DNA from: an uncultured Agathobaculum sp.
GTDB lineage: Bacteria; Bacillota; Clostridia; Oscillospirales; Butyricicoccaceae
Reading direction: 5' to 3'
Length of the DNA stretch: 64,000 nt
Assembly (NCBI GenBank): GCA_944380985.1
Contig: CALWJJ010000005.1
Location: 21,648 to 85,647, forward strand
The notes beneath the pieces were generated by a model. The model was not told the origin of the DNA. It did no database searches and saw only the letters and a program-made list of their open reading frames with translations. The translations under genes and the position numbers were made by a program. This document shows positions 36,968-46,371 of this stretch, piece after piece; position 1 is the first letter of the stretch, and each line of letters starts with the position of its first letter.

Positions 36968-38251
36968 TCAGGAGTTTTGCAGATCGTTCGACCAGCCGAA
37001 TTTGTCAAATGCGAAGAACAGCAGGCTCATCAGCATGGCGACGATCGCGGCGAGCGTCATGCCCGATAAGGCGACGTTGCCGAGCGATAGCGTCACGCCT
37101 GACAGGCCGACGACGAACACCACCGAGGTGAGTACCATGTTGCGGTTTTTGCCGTAATCGACCTTGTTGTCTACCAGGATGCGTAGGCCTGAGGTGCCGA
37201 TCATGCCGTATAGTAGGAAGGAGATGCCGCCGATGACCGGGCCGGGGATGGTCTGGATGAGCGCGGCGAGCGGGCCGACAAACGAGCAGATGATGCTCAG
37301 CACGGCCGCGCCGCCGATTACGCGCACCGAATATACGCGGGTGATCGCCATAACGCCGATATTCTCACCATAGGTTGTGGTCGGTACCGAGCCGATCAGG
37401 CCGGATAACATAGTCGAGAAGTTGTCCGCGAACAGTGTACGGTGTAGGCCGGGATCGCGCAGCAAATCGCGGCCGACTACTTTGCTCGTCACCAGTTGAT
37501 GGCCGATGTGCTCGTTTGCGATTACAAGGATGACCGGCAGAATGATCAGGATGGCCTCGGGGTCAAATTTTGGCAGCTGGAAATTCGGAATGGAGATGAT
37601 GTCCGCGCTGAACGCCGCCATAATGTCGGCCGGGGTGATAACGCCGGTGAGCACGGCGCATACATAGCCGCAAAGGATCGCGATCAGGATCGGGATGACC
37701 GACAGGAACCCCCGGAACAGCACGCTGCCGAGGACGGCTACGCCAAGCGTAACGCAGAAGGTGATGACGTTTGGCGCGAGCACCTGAGGTGCGTCTGCCG
37801 TTGGCACGATCAGCCCGGTCGAGGCTGCCGAGCTTGCAAGCTCAAGGCCAATCAGCGCAACAACCGGACCCATAGCCGCAGGCGGCAGCACCACGTCGAT
37901 CCATCTGGTGCCGCACTTATAAATAATTGCGGCCAGAATACAGCCGATCAAGCCGACGACCACAAAGCCGCCAAGCGCGTATTCATAGCCCCATTGGTCG
38001 ATAACCAGGGTCGCAGGTGCGATGAACGCGAACGACGAGCCTAAGTATGCCGGCGCCCTGCCCTTGGCGATTAGGATGAACAGCAACGTGCCGATACCGT
38101 TCATAAACAGCACGATTGCCGGACTGATGCCGAACATAAACGGCACCAGCACGGACGCGCCGAACATGGCGAACATGTGCTGGATGGAAAGCGGTACCAG
38201 CAGCCGGGGTGGCACCTTGTCTTCTACCTGAATGATTTTTCTGGTCTGCAT
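36968..38251 (-). CDS. uraA: Uracil permease (NCS2/UraA-PyrP)
   Basis: LSIQHMFAMFGASVLVP, PAYLGSSFAF, EHIGH, PTTTYGENIGV signature. Confidence 0.94.
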   Translation of the reverse strand: MQTRKIIQVEDKVPPRLLVPLSIQHMFAMFGASVLVPFMFGISPAIVLFMNGIGTLLFILIAKGRAPAYLGSSFAFIAPATLVIDQWGYEYALGGFVVVGLIGCILAAIIYKCGTRWIDVVLPPAAMGPVVALIGLELASSAASTGLIVPTADAPQVLAPNVITFCVTLGVAVLGSVLFRGFLSVIPILIAILCGYVCAVLTGVITPADIMAAFSADIISIPNFQLPKFDPEAILIILPVILVIANEHIGHQLVTSKVVGRDLLRDPGLHRTLFADNFSTMLSGLIGSVPTTTYGENIGVMAITRVYSVRVIGGAAVLSIICSFVGPLAALIQTIPGPVIGGISFLLYGMIGTSGLRILVDNKVDYGKNRNMVLTSVVFVVGLSGVTLSLGNVALSGMTLAAIVAMLMSLLFFAFDKFGWSNDLQNS

Positions 38252-38313
38252 CGTTTCTTCTGTCCCCTCTCAAAAGATGTGCGGAAACGGGCGGTGCCCG
38301 CCCCCGCTTGATT

Positions 38314-38368
38314 CAAAACCCACGGCAGCGCGTGGGTTTTTTGCGTATCTGCCGCACGGGAACAGATT
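38314..38368 (-). promoter_or_regulatory. PyrR-type attenuator leader (binding loop, antiterminator and terminator)
   Basis: Minus strand TCTGTTCCCGTGCGGCAGA hairpin with one deviation from UCCNGNGAGGY; its CGGCAG can pair with CTGCCG in the terminator AAAACCCACG-CGCTGC-CGTGGGTTTT; promoter TTGAAC-17-TATAAT at 38431-38403. Confidence 0.65.
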
Positions 38369-38499
38369 CCCATATAAGGAAATACGCCCGCGCGCCGGCC
38401 ATATTATACATGATTTTGCAGCCTGGTTCAAGCGTCTGTCCGCCGTTTTCTGTATTGACGGCGGGCAGATAGAATGCCTTCTGCGCGACAGGCAGATGG

Positions 38500-40755
38500 T
38501 CACCGCCGCTTTCGCGTAGGCGGTTTTTTCCCTTTGCGCGGGCCGCCACGTCCTTTGCTGTGGCGGCGACGCTGCGCGCGGTTGCCGTGCAGACCGGACG
38601 GATCATAGGACGCCTGCGGGTTGGGTTCGATGTGCTCTGCCATAGGTCCTGCGCTTCCGGCGGGCGCAAAGTCAATCTGGCCGGTTACCTCGCTGGCGGC
38701 AAGCAGCTTGACCCGGATGGGCGTGCCGATTGTAAACCGCATGCCGGTGTGCCGACCCACGAGCGACATGTGCGGCTCGTCGTACTCGTAGCGGTCACCC
38801 GTGAGCAGCTCGATGCGGACCAGCCCCTCGCAGCCGTTTGGCAGTGCAACGAAAATGCCAAACGCCTGCACGCCGGAGACTTCGGCGTCAAACTCCTCGC
38901 CAATAAACTGCCTCATATAGGCTGCAATAAACAGCTTGTCGATGTCACGCTCACAGTTGTCCGCCGCCTGCTCGCGCGTGGTCGACTGCGCCGCCGCATC
39001 CTCGCACAGCCGCCGGTCGGCGTCGGTGAAAGGCTGTCCGGTCAATGCGCGTTGCAGCATGCGGTGTGCGATCAGGTCGGGATAGCGGCGAATGGGCGAG
39101 GTAAAGTGCAGGTAATATTTAGCTTTCAAGCCGTAGTGCCCGATGCACTCGTCCGCATAGCGCGCGCGGGCCAGACTGCGCAGCAGCAGCATAGGCAGGA
39201 TGCGCTGCCGGGGATCGTTTTTCGCCCCGCGCAACACGGTTTGAAACTGTGCTGTGTCGCTGGAGTTGGACGGGTCGATGCGGTAGCCGAACGGCCGCGC
39301 GAACTGCGCGAACACGCGTAGCTTTTCGGGGTCCGGGTTTTCGTGCACACGATAGACGGTCGGATCGCCGCGCCTGCACATACACTCGGCGACCGACTCG
39401 TTTGCCAGCAGCATGAATTCTTCGATGAGCTTTTCGCTCTCGCCGCGCGCGCGGTACTGAATATCAATCGGACGGCCGTTTTCATCCACGCGGATCTCGG
39501 CCTCCGGGATGTCAAGCTCAAGCGCGCCGCGCTCAATGCGCCGCTTATAGAGCGCGTGCGCAAGGTCGTTCATCCTTTCCACGGTCTCGGTGAGAAAATG
39601 ATACGCCGCGCGCAACTTTTTATCGCCCGCAAGGATCTGGTTTACCTTGCGGTAGGTCATGCGCGCGGCCGAGCAGATGACCGACTTTGCAAATTTCGCC
39701 CCATAGCGCCGCCCGTCCATGTCTACTTCTATCAGAGCGGAGAAAGCCAGCCGGTCCACCTTGGGGTTTAAGGAGCAGATGCCATGCGACAAGGCAAACG
39801 GCAGCATGGGAACGACGTGTCCGGGATAGTAGACCGATGTGCCGCGGTGGTAGGCCTGCTGGTCGAGTGGGCTGCCAGGCGTGACATAGTGCGATACATC
39901 TGCGATGTGCACGCCAAGCAGCCAATGTCCATTGTCCATCGGCTCGAGCGAGACAGCGTCGTCAAAGTCCTTGGCATCGTCGCCGTCGATCGTGAAAATC
40001 AATTCCGTGCGCAGGTCGAGCCGGCCGGCTGCGGCAGATGGCTCAACCTGCTGGGGGATGGCATCGGCCTCGCGCAGCGCCTCGTCCGAGAACGACTCGA
40101 AAACCGCGTTTTCGTGCAAAATCGCGGCGATCGAGGCCTCCATCGTGCCGTCCTCACCAAGGTCGGCCTGGATGACGCCCTGCGGCATAATTTTTTCGTT
40201 GCCGTAGTGTGATATCGATACCGCAACGCGGTCGCCGACGCGCGCGCCGGCGAGATGGTGGTGGTCGACTGCGATCTCGGGGTATTTCTTTGAAGTCGGC
40301 TGTACGAAATAAGCGTTTCCGCGCTGCACGAGCGCGCCGGTCAGGTCTTTGTCCGCGCGCTGGAGCACACGGAGGACAACCCCCTCGCGCCGTCCTCGGC
40401 CATTTTTGCGCTCGGTCAACCGCACGAGCACGCGGTCGCCGTGCCATGCGCCGCCCGCAGCGTTCGGCGGGATAAACAGATCGTCCAGTTTGGGCTGGCC
40501 CTCGTCCACGTCGGGTGAGACAAAGCCAAATGCGCGCTCGGTGGCCAGATAGGTGCCCGTAATGCAGCCATAGTGCGCCGATACAGCAAAGCGGTTTTTC
40601 TTATTTTTCATCACCCGGCCGTCCTCAATCAGACGGCCAAGCACATCTTTCAACTCGGTTTTGCCAGCCTCGGGCAGGGCACGGCGGATCTCTTCGATCC
40701 GCATGGGCTGTACCAGCAGCGTTAGCAGCCGGTTTTCGAGCGCAGTGTCTTGCAT
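38500..40755 (-). CDS. rnr: Ribonuclease R
   Basis: CSD domains, FTIDGDDAKDFDDA catalytic motif, HFTSPIRRYPDL, S1 domain and basic tail. Confidence 0.96.
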   Translation of the reverse strand: MQDTALENRLLTLLVQPMRIEEIRRALPEAGKTELKDVLGRLIEDGRVMKNKKNRFAVSAHYGCITGTYLATERAFGFVSPDVDEGQPKLDDLFIPPNAAGGAWHGDRVLVRLTERKNGRGRREGVVLRVLQRADKDLTGALVQRGNAYFVQPTSKKYPEIAVDHHHLAGARVGDRVAVSISHYGNEKIMPQGVIQADLGEDGTMEASIAAILHENAVFESFSDEALREADAIPQQVEPSAAAGRLDLRTELIFTIDGDDAKDFDDAVSLEPMDNGHWLLGVHIADVSHYVTPGSPLDQQAYHRGTSVYYPGHVVPMLPFALSHGICSLNPKVDRLAFSALIEVDMDGRRYGAKFAKSVICSAARMTYRKVNQILAGDKKLRAAYHFLTETVERMNDLAHALYKRRIERGALELDIPEAEIRVDENGRPIDIQYRARGESEKLIEEFMLLANESVAECMCRRGDPTVYRVHENPDPEKLRVFAQFARPFGYRIDPSNSSDTAQFQTVLRGAKNDPRQRILPMLLLRSLARARYADECIGHYGLKAKYYLHFTSPIRRYPDLIAHRMLQRALTGQPFTDADRRLCEDAAAQSTTREQAADNCERDIDKLFIAAYMRQFIGEEFDAEVSGVQAFGIFVALPNGCEGLVRIELLTGDRYEYDEPHMSLVGRHTGMRFTIGTPIRVKLLAASEVTGQIDFAPAGSAGPMAEHIEPNPQASYDPSGLHGNRAQRRRHSKGRGGPRKGKKPPTRKRR

Positions 40756-40903
40756 GGATATCCCCCTTTTTTCTCAGTATCAGTATACCATCTTTTGTGT
40801 AGGATTAAAAGGAAAAAAGGCGTATGACATGATTTGACGGCCGCTTTTCGGCATGGTACACTAAAAGCGGTGAAAAAATACACCCGGAAGGGGAGGAAAA
40901 ACG

Positions 40904-41659
40904 ATGAAAGCACTCATCACCGGTGCGTCTTCGGGGATCGGGCGCGAGTTTGCGCATCTGTTGGCCGCGCGCGGATATGAACTTGTGCTGTGCGCCCGGC
41001 GTGAGGACCGCCTACACGCGCTCGCCCGCGAGCTGCCGACTGTGTGCCATGTGATCGCGGCCGATCTTTCGGATGCCACCGAGTGCCACCTAATGTATCA
41101 GGCGGTGCGCGGGGATGATCTGGAGGTCGTCATCAACAACGCAGGCTTTGGCCTGTTTGGGGAGTTTGCCTCCACCGACCTTACGGCCGAGCTGCGAATG
41201 ATCGACACGAATATCCGTGCAGTGCACATTTTGACCAAGCTTGCCTTGCAGGATTTTGTGCAGCGCGGGCGGGGGTATATCCTGAATGTTTCATCAGCGG
41301 CGGGTTTTTTGCCCGGTCCGCTTATGGCGGCCTATTACGCGACCAAGAACTATGTACTGCGGCTGACCGAGGCTGTCCGCGAAGAGCTTCGCCGAGAGGG
41401 AAGCCCGGTGCGTGTGTGCGCGCTCTGTCCCGGGCCGGTGAACACCGAGTTTAACAAGGTCGCGGGTGTGCGGTTTGCGCTCGGCGGGCTTTCAGCCGGA
41501 CGGGTCGCGCGCCAGGCGTTGGACGGGCTGTTTGCAGGCAAGGGCATCATCGTGCCGGGCGGCGCGATGAAGGCGATGGCTGTTGGGCGTCATTTCGCGC
41601 CCGACTGGCTGCTCGCGCGCATTACCTGGCACTTTCAGCACAGAAAGGGCGGCGTATGA
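40904..41659 (+). CDS. SDR family oxidoreductase
   Basis: ITGASSGIG, INNAGFG, YYATK, LCPGPV.TEF. Confidence 0.92.
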   Translation: MKALITGASSGIGREFAHLLAARGYELVLCARREDRLHALARELPTVCHVIAADLSDATECHLMYQAVRGDDLEVVINNAGFGLFGEFASTDLTAELRMIDTNIRAVHILTKLALQDFVQRGRGYILNVSSAAGFLPGPLMAAYYATKNYVLRLTEAVREELRREGSPVRVCALCPGPVNTEFNKVAGVRFALGGLSAGRVARQALDGLFAGKGIIVPGGAMKAMAVGRHFAPDWLLARITWHFQHRKGGV

Positions 41660-42456
41660 GGTTGGAGGAGATCCGCCGCACGCTCCAGCGCGAGTTTGTA
41701 CGCACACTGCGGCGGCCATTTGTCGACGCGGTGGAGGCATATGATATGGTGCGGGCAGGGGATAAGATTGCGGTATGCATCTCGGGTGGCAAGGATTCGA
41801 TGCTGCTCGCGCTGCTGATGCAGGATTTGCAGCGCACGGTGGATTTTGAGCTGGTGTTTCTCGCGATGGACCCGGGCTACGGGCCGGACGGGCGCGCGCA
41901 GCTTGAGCAAAACGCCGCTATTCTCGGGCTGACACTCGATATTTTTGAGACCGATGTGCTGCGCATTGCGGGCAGGCATGCGGCTGGACACCCATGCTTT
42001 CTGTGCGCAAAAATGCGGCGTGGCCATCTGTATACCGAGGCCGGGCGACGCGGTTGTAACAAAATCGCGCTCGGCCATCATTATGACGACGCGATCGAGA
42101 CCGTGCTGATGGGTCTTATCTATGGCGGACAGGTGCAGGCCATGCTGCCGCGTATCCGTGCGAAAAACCATGCGGGAATGGAGCTTATCCGCCCGCTCTA
42201 TTTGACGCGCGAGAAAAACGTGCAGGCCTGGGCCGGCCACTGTGGCCTGACCTTTCTGCCCTGTGACTGCCCGGCAAAAACGCTCGAGCACGACACCAAA
42301 CGAGCCGAAGTCAAGGCGATGATCGCCGCGCTCGCGGCAGGCAATCCGCAGATCGAGGCAAATATTCTAAATGCGGTCAAAAATGTCGATACCGCAAAGC
42401 TCATTGGCTGGCGGGATGAGCGCGGCAGACATAGCTTTCTTGACCGGCTGAAATAA
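41656..42456 (+). CDS. ttcA: tRNA 2-thiocytidine synthase TtcA family protein
   Basis: PP-loop SGGKDS, CFLCAKMRRG, GHHYDD, IRPL. Confidence 0.82.
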   Translation: MRLEEIRRTLQREFVRTLRRPFVDAVEAYDMVRAGDKIAVCISGGKDSMLLALLMQDLQRTVDFELVFLAMDPGYGPDGRAQLEQNAAILGLTLDIFETDVLRIAGRHAAGHPCFLCAKMRRGHLYTEAGRRGCNKIALGHHYDDAIETVLMGLIYGGQVQAMLPRIRAKNHAGMELIRPLYLTREKNVQAWAGHCGLTFLPCDCPAKTLEHDTKRAEVKAMIAALAAGNPQIEANILNAVKNVDTAKLIGWRDERGRHSFLDRLK

Positions 42457-42490
42457 AAAAGAGGAAAACCTTTAAGGGTTTTCCTCTTTT
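42457..42490. terminator. Bidirectional terminator
   Basis: IR aaaagaggaaaacc...ggttttcctctttt between convergent genes. Confidence 0.82.
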
Positions 42491-42515
42491 CTTTATGCAG
42501 GCCGGCACTAGGCTT

Positions 42516-44798
42516 TCAACCAAGTTTTTTCATATATATCATGCGCACCGAGTTGAGCACGCACAGCATGGCGACACCGGTATCGGCAAACACAGCCAGC
42601 CACATGGACGCGATACCGAACAGGCCGAGCGCCATGACAAGCAGCTTGATTACGAGCGCAAACGCGATATTCTCCTTGGAGATGGCGTTTGCCTTGCGCG
42701 CAATGGAGATCGATGCCGGGATGGAGGATAGGTCAGCGTTCATAAATACGACGTCTGCAGCCTCGATTGCGGCATCTGCGCCGCTGCCCATGGCTGCGCC
42801 GACGTCCGCTCCCGCGAGTACAGGCGCATCGTTGATGCCGTCGCCCACAAACATGACCGCGCCGCGTTTTTCGCGGATGTCGGTCAGCGCCGACAGCTTC
42901 TCCCCGGGCAGCAGGCGGGCGCGCACTTCGTCTATACCGACCCGCTGCGCAACCGCGTCGGCGCTGTCCTGTCCGTCGCCGGTCAGCATGGCGGTGGTCA
43001 GCCCCTGTTCCTTCATGCGGCGAACGGCCTGCTGCGCGTCCGCCTTGACCGTGTCGGCAATGATGATGTGGCCGATAAAGCGGCCCTCAGCAGCGAGCAG
43101 CACCTCGGTGCTGCCCGGCGTGCCCTCATAGCCGGATAGGTCGACGCCATGGCGCGCCATCAGCTTGCGGTTGCCGCAGAGCACGGTCTTGCCGTCGATG
43201 GTCGCCTCGACGCCCTCACCAGCTTGCTCACGGACACTGTCTGCCGTGCGCTCGGCCCCCCCGCGGGCTGCGTATGCCGTGCGGATGGAGACCGCGATCG
43301 GGTGCGTAGACGCGCCCTCGCACGCTGCGGCAAGTCCGAGCAGCGCGGTTTCGTCCAGCTGCACGCCTGGCGCGGGCACGATACGCTGCACGGCAAAGTT
43401 GCCCTTGGTGATCGTGCCGGTCTTATCCATCACAATGGCCTTGACTGCGCTCAGTGCCTCGAGTGATACGCCGCCCTTGAATAAGATGCCGCGCTTCGAG
43501 CCCGCGCCTATGCCGGCGAAGTAGGTCAGCGGCACGCTGAGCACGAGCGCGCACGGGCAGGAGATGACAAGGAAGGTCAGCGCGGTATACACCCACTGGT
43601 TCCAGTTGCCGGTGATTAGGCTGGGCACAATGGCGGTCAGCAGTGCAATGCCGACGACCGCCGGCGTATACACGCGGGAAAAACGGGTGATAAAACGGTC
43701 AATTTTAGGCTTGCGCGCGGCAGCGTTTTCGACGCTGTCCAGAATGCGTTGCACCATGCTTTCGGCGAGCACATGGGTAACGCGCAGCCGGATCGCGCCA
43801 TCCGTATTGACGCAGCCGGAGATCGCCTTGTCGCCGGGCGCGACGCGTACCGGCACCGGCTCGCCCGTGACGGCCGAGGTATCCAGGCGGCTCTCGCCAT
43901 CAATCACCTCGCCGTCGAGTGGCACGCGGTCACCCGGACGGACGAGCACAATATCACCCACTGCGGCCTCACCGGCAGGAATGGTGCGTATGCTGCCGTC
44001 CAACCCGACGAGCTGAACGGTCTCGGGCCGCAGATCGACGGCCGCCATGATCTGCCGGCGGGAGCGTTCGACCGCGCGGTCCTCAAAATACTCGCCGACG
44101 CGGTAGAACAGCATGACGCCGACCGCTTCGTCAAACGAGCCAACCGCCCACGCGCCGATGGTCGCAAGCGCCATAAGGAAGTTTTCGTCAAACACACGGC
44201 CCTTACCGATGTTCTTGACTGCGGTCAGCAGCACATGCCAGCCGAGCAGCAGATAGGCCGCCAACATGACGGCCACTTTAGGTATGCCGCCAAGCACAAA
44301 CTCGCCCGCGATAAACAGCCCCGCGCCGACCAGGATCTCGGCGAGCGGGTGGCCGGCCGCATCCTCGTGCGCATCTTCGGGCGCGATGACGCGCGCACCG
44401 CTCTCAACTGAGGTGCACACCTCGCGGATCTTGGGCAGCAGCGCGTCGGGGTTCTTGCCGGTCACGCGCAGTTGATGGGTTTCAAATACCAGCACGCAGT
44501 CGTCCACGCCGTCAAGCTGGCTGACTTGGCGCTGTATTTCAGCGGCGCAGTGCGCGCAGCCTACGTTTTGCACCGTGTAGATGCGCCGCACGCTGCGTCC
44601 GCCCACCTTGCGCTGGTGCGTCTGCGCGCGGGTGTGATCGTCTGCGTTGTCATGGTGATGCGCGTGCTCGTGGCCGCAGCTGCATGCGCCGTCATGGTGA
44701 TGCGCGTGCTCGTGGCCGCAGCCACAGGCGTCGCGAAGCTGTGCCGCAACTTCATCCTCCCGGACTGGTACAGCAGTGCGGGTTTGCTCGCTTGTCAT
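42516..44798 (-). CDS. Heavy-metal P1B-type ATPase (Zn/Cd, CadA/ZntA-like)
   Basis: His/Cys-rich N-terminus, GCAHC HMA domain, TGEP, SCPCAL, DKTGT, HP, GDGIND, FAD motifs. Confidence 0.94.
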   Translation of the reverse strand: MTSEQTRTAVPVREDEVAAQLRDACGCGHEHAHHHDGACSCGHEHAHHHDNADDHTRAQTHQRKVGGRSVRRIYTVQNVGCAHCAAEIQRQVSQLDGVDDCVLVFETHQLRVTGKNPDALLPKIREVCTSVESGARVIAPEDAHEDAAGHPLAEILVGAGLFIAGEFVLGGIPKVAVMLAAYLLLGWHVLLTAVKNIGKGRVFDENFLMALATIGAWAVGSFDEAVGVMLFYRVGEYFEDRAVERSRRQIMAAVDLRPETVQLVGLDGSIRTIPAGEAAVGDIVLVRPGDRVPLDGEVIDGESRLDTSAVTGEPVPVRVAPGDKAISGCVNTDGAIRLRVTHVLAESMVQRILDSVENAAARKPKIDRFITRFSRVYTPAVVGIALLTAIVPSLITGNWNQWVYTALTFLVISCPCALVLSVPLTYFAGIGAGSKRGILFKGGVSLEALSAVKAIVMDKTGTITKGNFAVQRIVPAPGVQLDETALLGLAAACEGASTHPIAVSIRTAYAARGGAERTADSVREQAGEGVEATIDGKTVLCGNRKLMARHGVDLSGYEGTPGSTEVLLAAEGRFIGHIIIADTVKADAQQAVRRMKEQGLTTAMLTGDGQDSADAVAQRVGIDEVRARLLPGEKLSALTDIREKRGAVMFVGDGINDAPVLAGADVGAAMGSGADAAIEAADVVFMNADLSSIPASISIARKANAISKENIAFALVIKLLVMALGLFGIASMWLAVFADTGVAMLCVLNSVRMIYMKKLG
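44649..44722. repeat. Identical 32-bp direct repeat (42-bp period) encoding CGHEHAHHHD twice
   Basis: gtcatggtgatgcgcgtgctcgtggccgcagc at 44649-44680 and 44691-44722. Confidence 0.9.
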
Positions 44799-44820
44799 AA
44801 GCTCGCCTCCTGTCGATTAT

Positions 44821-44848
44821 ATATGAATAGTTGCTCATATGTTCATAT
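44821..44848. promoter_or_regulatory. ArsR/SmtB (CzrA/CadC-like) operator upstream of the ATPase
   Basis: ATATGA-N8-TCATAT palindrome (44821-44840) with a further TTCATAT half-site; TGA-N8-TCA core is typical of SmtB/CzrA operators. Confidence 0.6.
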
Positions 44849-44919
44849 ATTCATATTAGTGCAGACGAGACCATTTGTCAATACCGGCTTATGAAAAAAA
44901 TGCACAAAAGAAAAAGCCG

Positions 44920-45834
44920 CTATTGAGCAGCTTTTTGCATAGTTTTATTCGGTAGTTGGGCAAGGATGATGGCAGCAAACATGAGCGCGCAGCCGAAAAG
45001 CTCCCGCGTAGAAAGCGCTTGTCCGAGCAGAAGCCAGCCGGCGATAACTGAGATAACCGATTCCATGCTCAATATCAGTGAGGCAACGGCCGGGTTCATG
45101 CCTTTCTGGCCGATGATTTGCAGCGTGTAACCCACGCCTGAGGACAGCACGCCCGTATAAAGGATGGGCATCCATGCGGTGAGCAGCGCGTCGAGGCTGG
45201 GCTGCTCGAAGAGCAGCATGCCCGCGCCCGCTATGGCGGCGCATACAAAAAACTGGACGCAGCTCATCCGCACCGCGTCTGTGCGCGGGGAAAAATAATC
45301 GACCACCAAAATCTGCACTGAAAAAAGGATGGCGCTGATAAACGTGAGCAGATCACCGCGGTTGATGCCAAGTTCGCCTGTCATGCAGAGCAGATACAGG
45401 CCTGTAAGCGCGAGCGCCACGCCGAACCAGACCTTGGCGCCGCACGGCCGGTGAAACAACAGAAAGCTCATCAGCGGCACGATCAGTATGTAGCAGGCGG
45501 TCAGAAAGCCGGACTTGCCGACCGTGGTATAGACAAGACCGGTCTGCTGGAAGATGCTTGCCAGGCATAACGATGCACCGCAGCACACGCCGCCCGCAAA
45601 CAGTATGCGGCGCGCTCTGCGTTTTTCCTGCACTGTATCGGCAGCGTGGCCGGAGCTGCGCGTGCGCAGCACGGCGATGACCGGAAGCAGCACGATGCCG
45701 CCAACTATGCTGCGCGCAAACAGAAAGGTAAACGGGCCGACATAGTTCATGCCGACGCTTTGCGCGACAAAGGCCACGCCCCAAATGGTTGCGGTGAGCA
45801 AAAGAAACAGAAAATTGCGGCGTTTCAACAGCAT
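44920..45834 (-). CDS. DMT/EamA family transporter
   Basis: IWGVAFVAQSVG, GPFTF, QQTGL..TT.GKSGF, YTLQIIGQ, ILSMESV; 10 TM. Confidence 0.92.
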   Translation of the reverse strand: MLLKRRNFLFLLLTATIWGVAFVAQSVGMNYVGPFTFLFARSIVGGIVLLPVIAVLRTRSSGHAADTVQEKRRARRILFAGGVCCGASLCLASIFQQTGLVYTTVGKSGFLTACYILIVPLMSFLLFHRPCGAKVWFGVALALTGLYLLCMTGELGINRGDLLTFISAILFSVQILVVDYFSPRTDAVRMSCVQFFVCAAIAGAGMLLFEQPSLDALLTAWMPILYTGVLSSGVGYTLQIIGQKGMNPAVASLILSMESVISVIAGWLLLGQALSTRELFGCALMFAAIILAQLPNKTMQKAAQ

Positions 45835-45909
45835 GCCTCCTCTTTAAGAGCAAAATGGCAGGGCATGCCGCGGCTGGTTTAGCAACGGTATGCCGGAACA
45901 GCGTATGAG

Positions 45910-45954
45910 AAAAGCCCGGCATCCGGCGCACAGAGCGCCAATGTCGGGCTTTTG
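45910..45954 (-). terminator. Terminator of the tRNA operon
   Basis: aaaagcccggcat...atgtcgggctttt hairpin directly after tRNA-Thr. Confidence 0.75.
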
Positions 45955-45955
45955 C

Positions 45956-46031
45956 TGGAGCTGCTAACCGGATTTGAACCGGTGACCTCATCCTTACCAA
46001 GGATGCACTCTACCTACTGAGCTATAGCAGC
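45956..46031 (-). tRNA. tRNA-Thr(GGT)
   Basis: GCTGCTATAGCTCAGTAGGTAGAG...CATCC-TTGGTAA-GGATG...GCAGCTCCA; 76 nt. Confidence 0.97.
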
Positions 46032-46035
46032 AAAG

Positions 46036-46111
46036 TGGCAGGGGCAGTAGGGATCGAACCCACGGCACTCGGTTTTGGAGACCGATGCTCTACCAGCTGA
46101 GCTATACCCCT
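46036..46111 (-). tRNA. tRNA-Trp(CCA)
   Basis: AGGGGTATAGCTCAG...TCGGT-CTCCAAA-ACCGA...CCCCTGCCA; 76 nt. Confidence 0.97.
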
Positions 46112-46114
46112 GTA

Positions 46115-46190
46115 TGGCTCCTCAAGTTGGACTCGAACCAACGACCCTGCGGTTAACAGCCGCATGCTCTACCAACTGAGCTATTGAGGA
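46115..46190 (-). tRNA. tRNA-Asn(GTT)
   Basis: TCCTCAATAGCTCAG...GCGG-CTGTTAA-CCGC...GAGGAGCCA; 76 nt. Confidence 0.97.
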
Positions 46191-46237
46191 ATGTATTATA
46201 AATTTAGGCGCACCTGTATATAGCGGTTAGCCTAAAT

Positions 46238-46267
46238 ATTATAGCGCGCCAGATTTGAATTTGTCAA
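46238..46267 (-). promoter_or_regulatory. Sigma-A promoter of tRNA Asn-Trp-Thr operon
   Basis: Minus strand TTGACA-18 bp-TATAAT. Confidence 0.7.
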
Positions 46268-46326
46268 TAGGGATTGTTAAAAATTTTATCATGTGGTGCG
46301 GCGATAAGCAGTAGGAAAACTAGGCG

Positions 46327-46363
46327 AAAAGAAGGGGGATGCCGGCGCATTCCCCTTCTTTTT
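46327..46363 (-). terminator. Terminator after Fe-ADH gene
   Basis: IR aaaagaaggggg...ccccttctttt. Confidence 0.75.
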
Positions 46364-46371
46364 ACCGTCTG

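Noticed and set aside
28290-46111. Functional link between the Trp T-box and the tRNA-Trp gene in the same window
   Set aside because: They are 17 kb apart with unrelated genes between; T-boxes sense tRNA in trans, so proximity is not informative
46201-46237. IR ATTTAGGC...GCCTAAAT and a partial NrdR/DtxR-box-like word in the tRNA promoter region
   Set aside because: Several mismatches to either consensus and no rationale for such control of a tRNA operon
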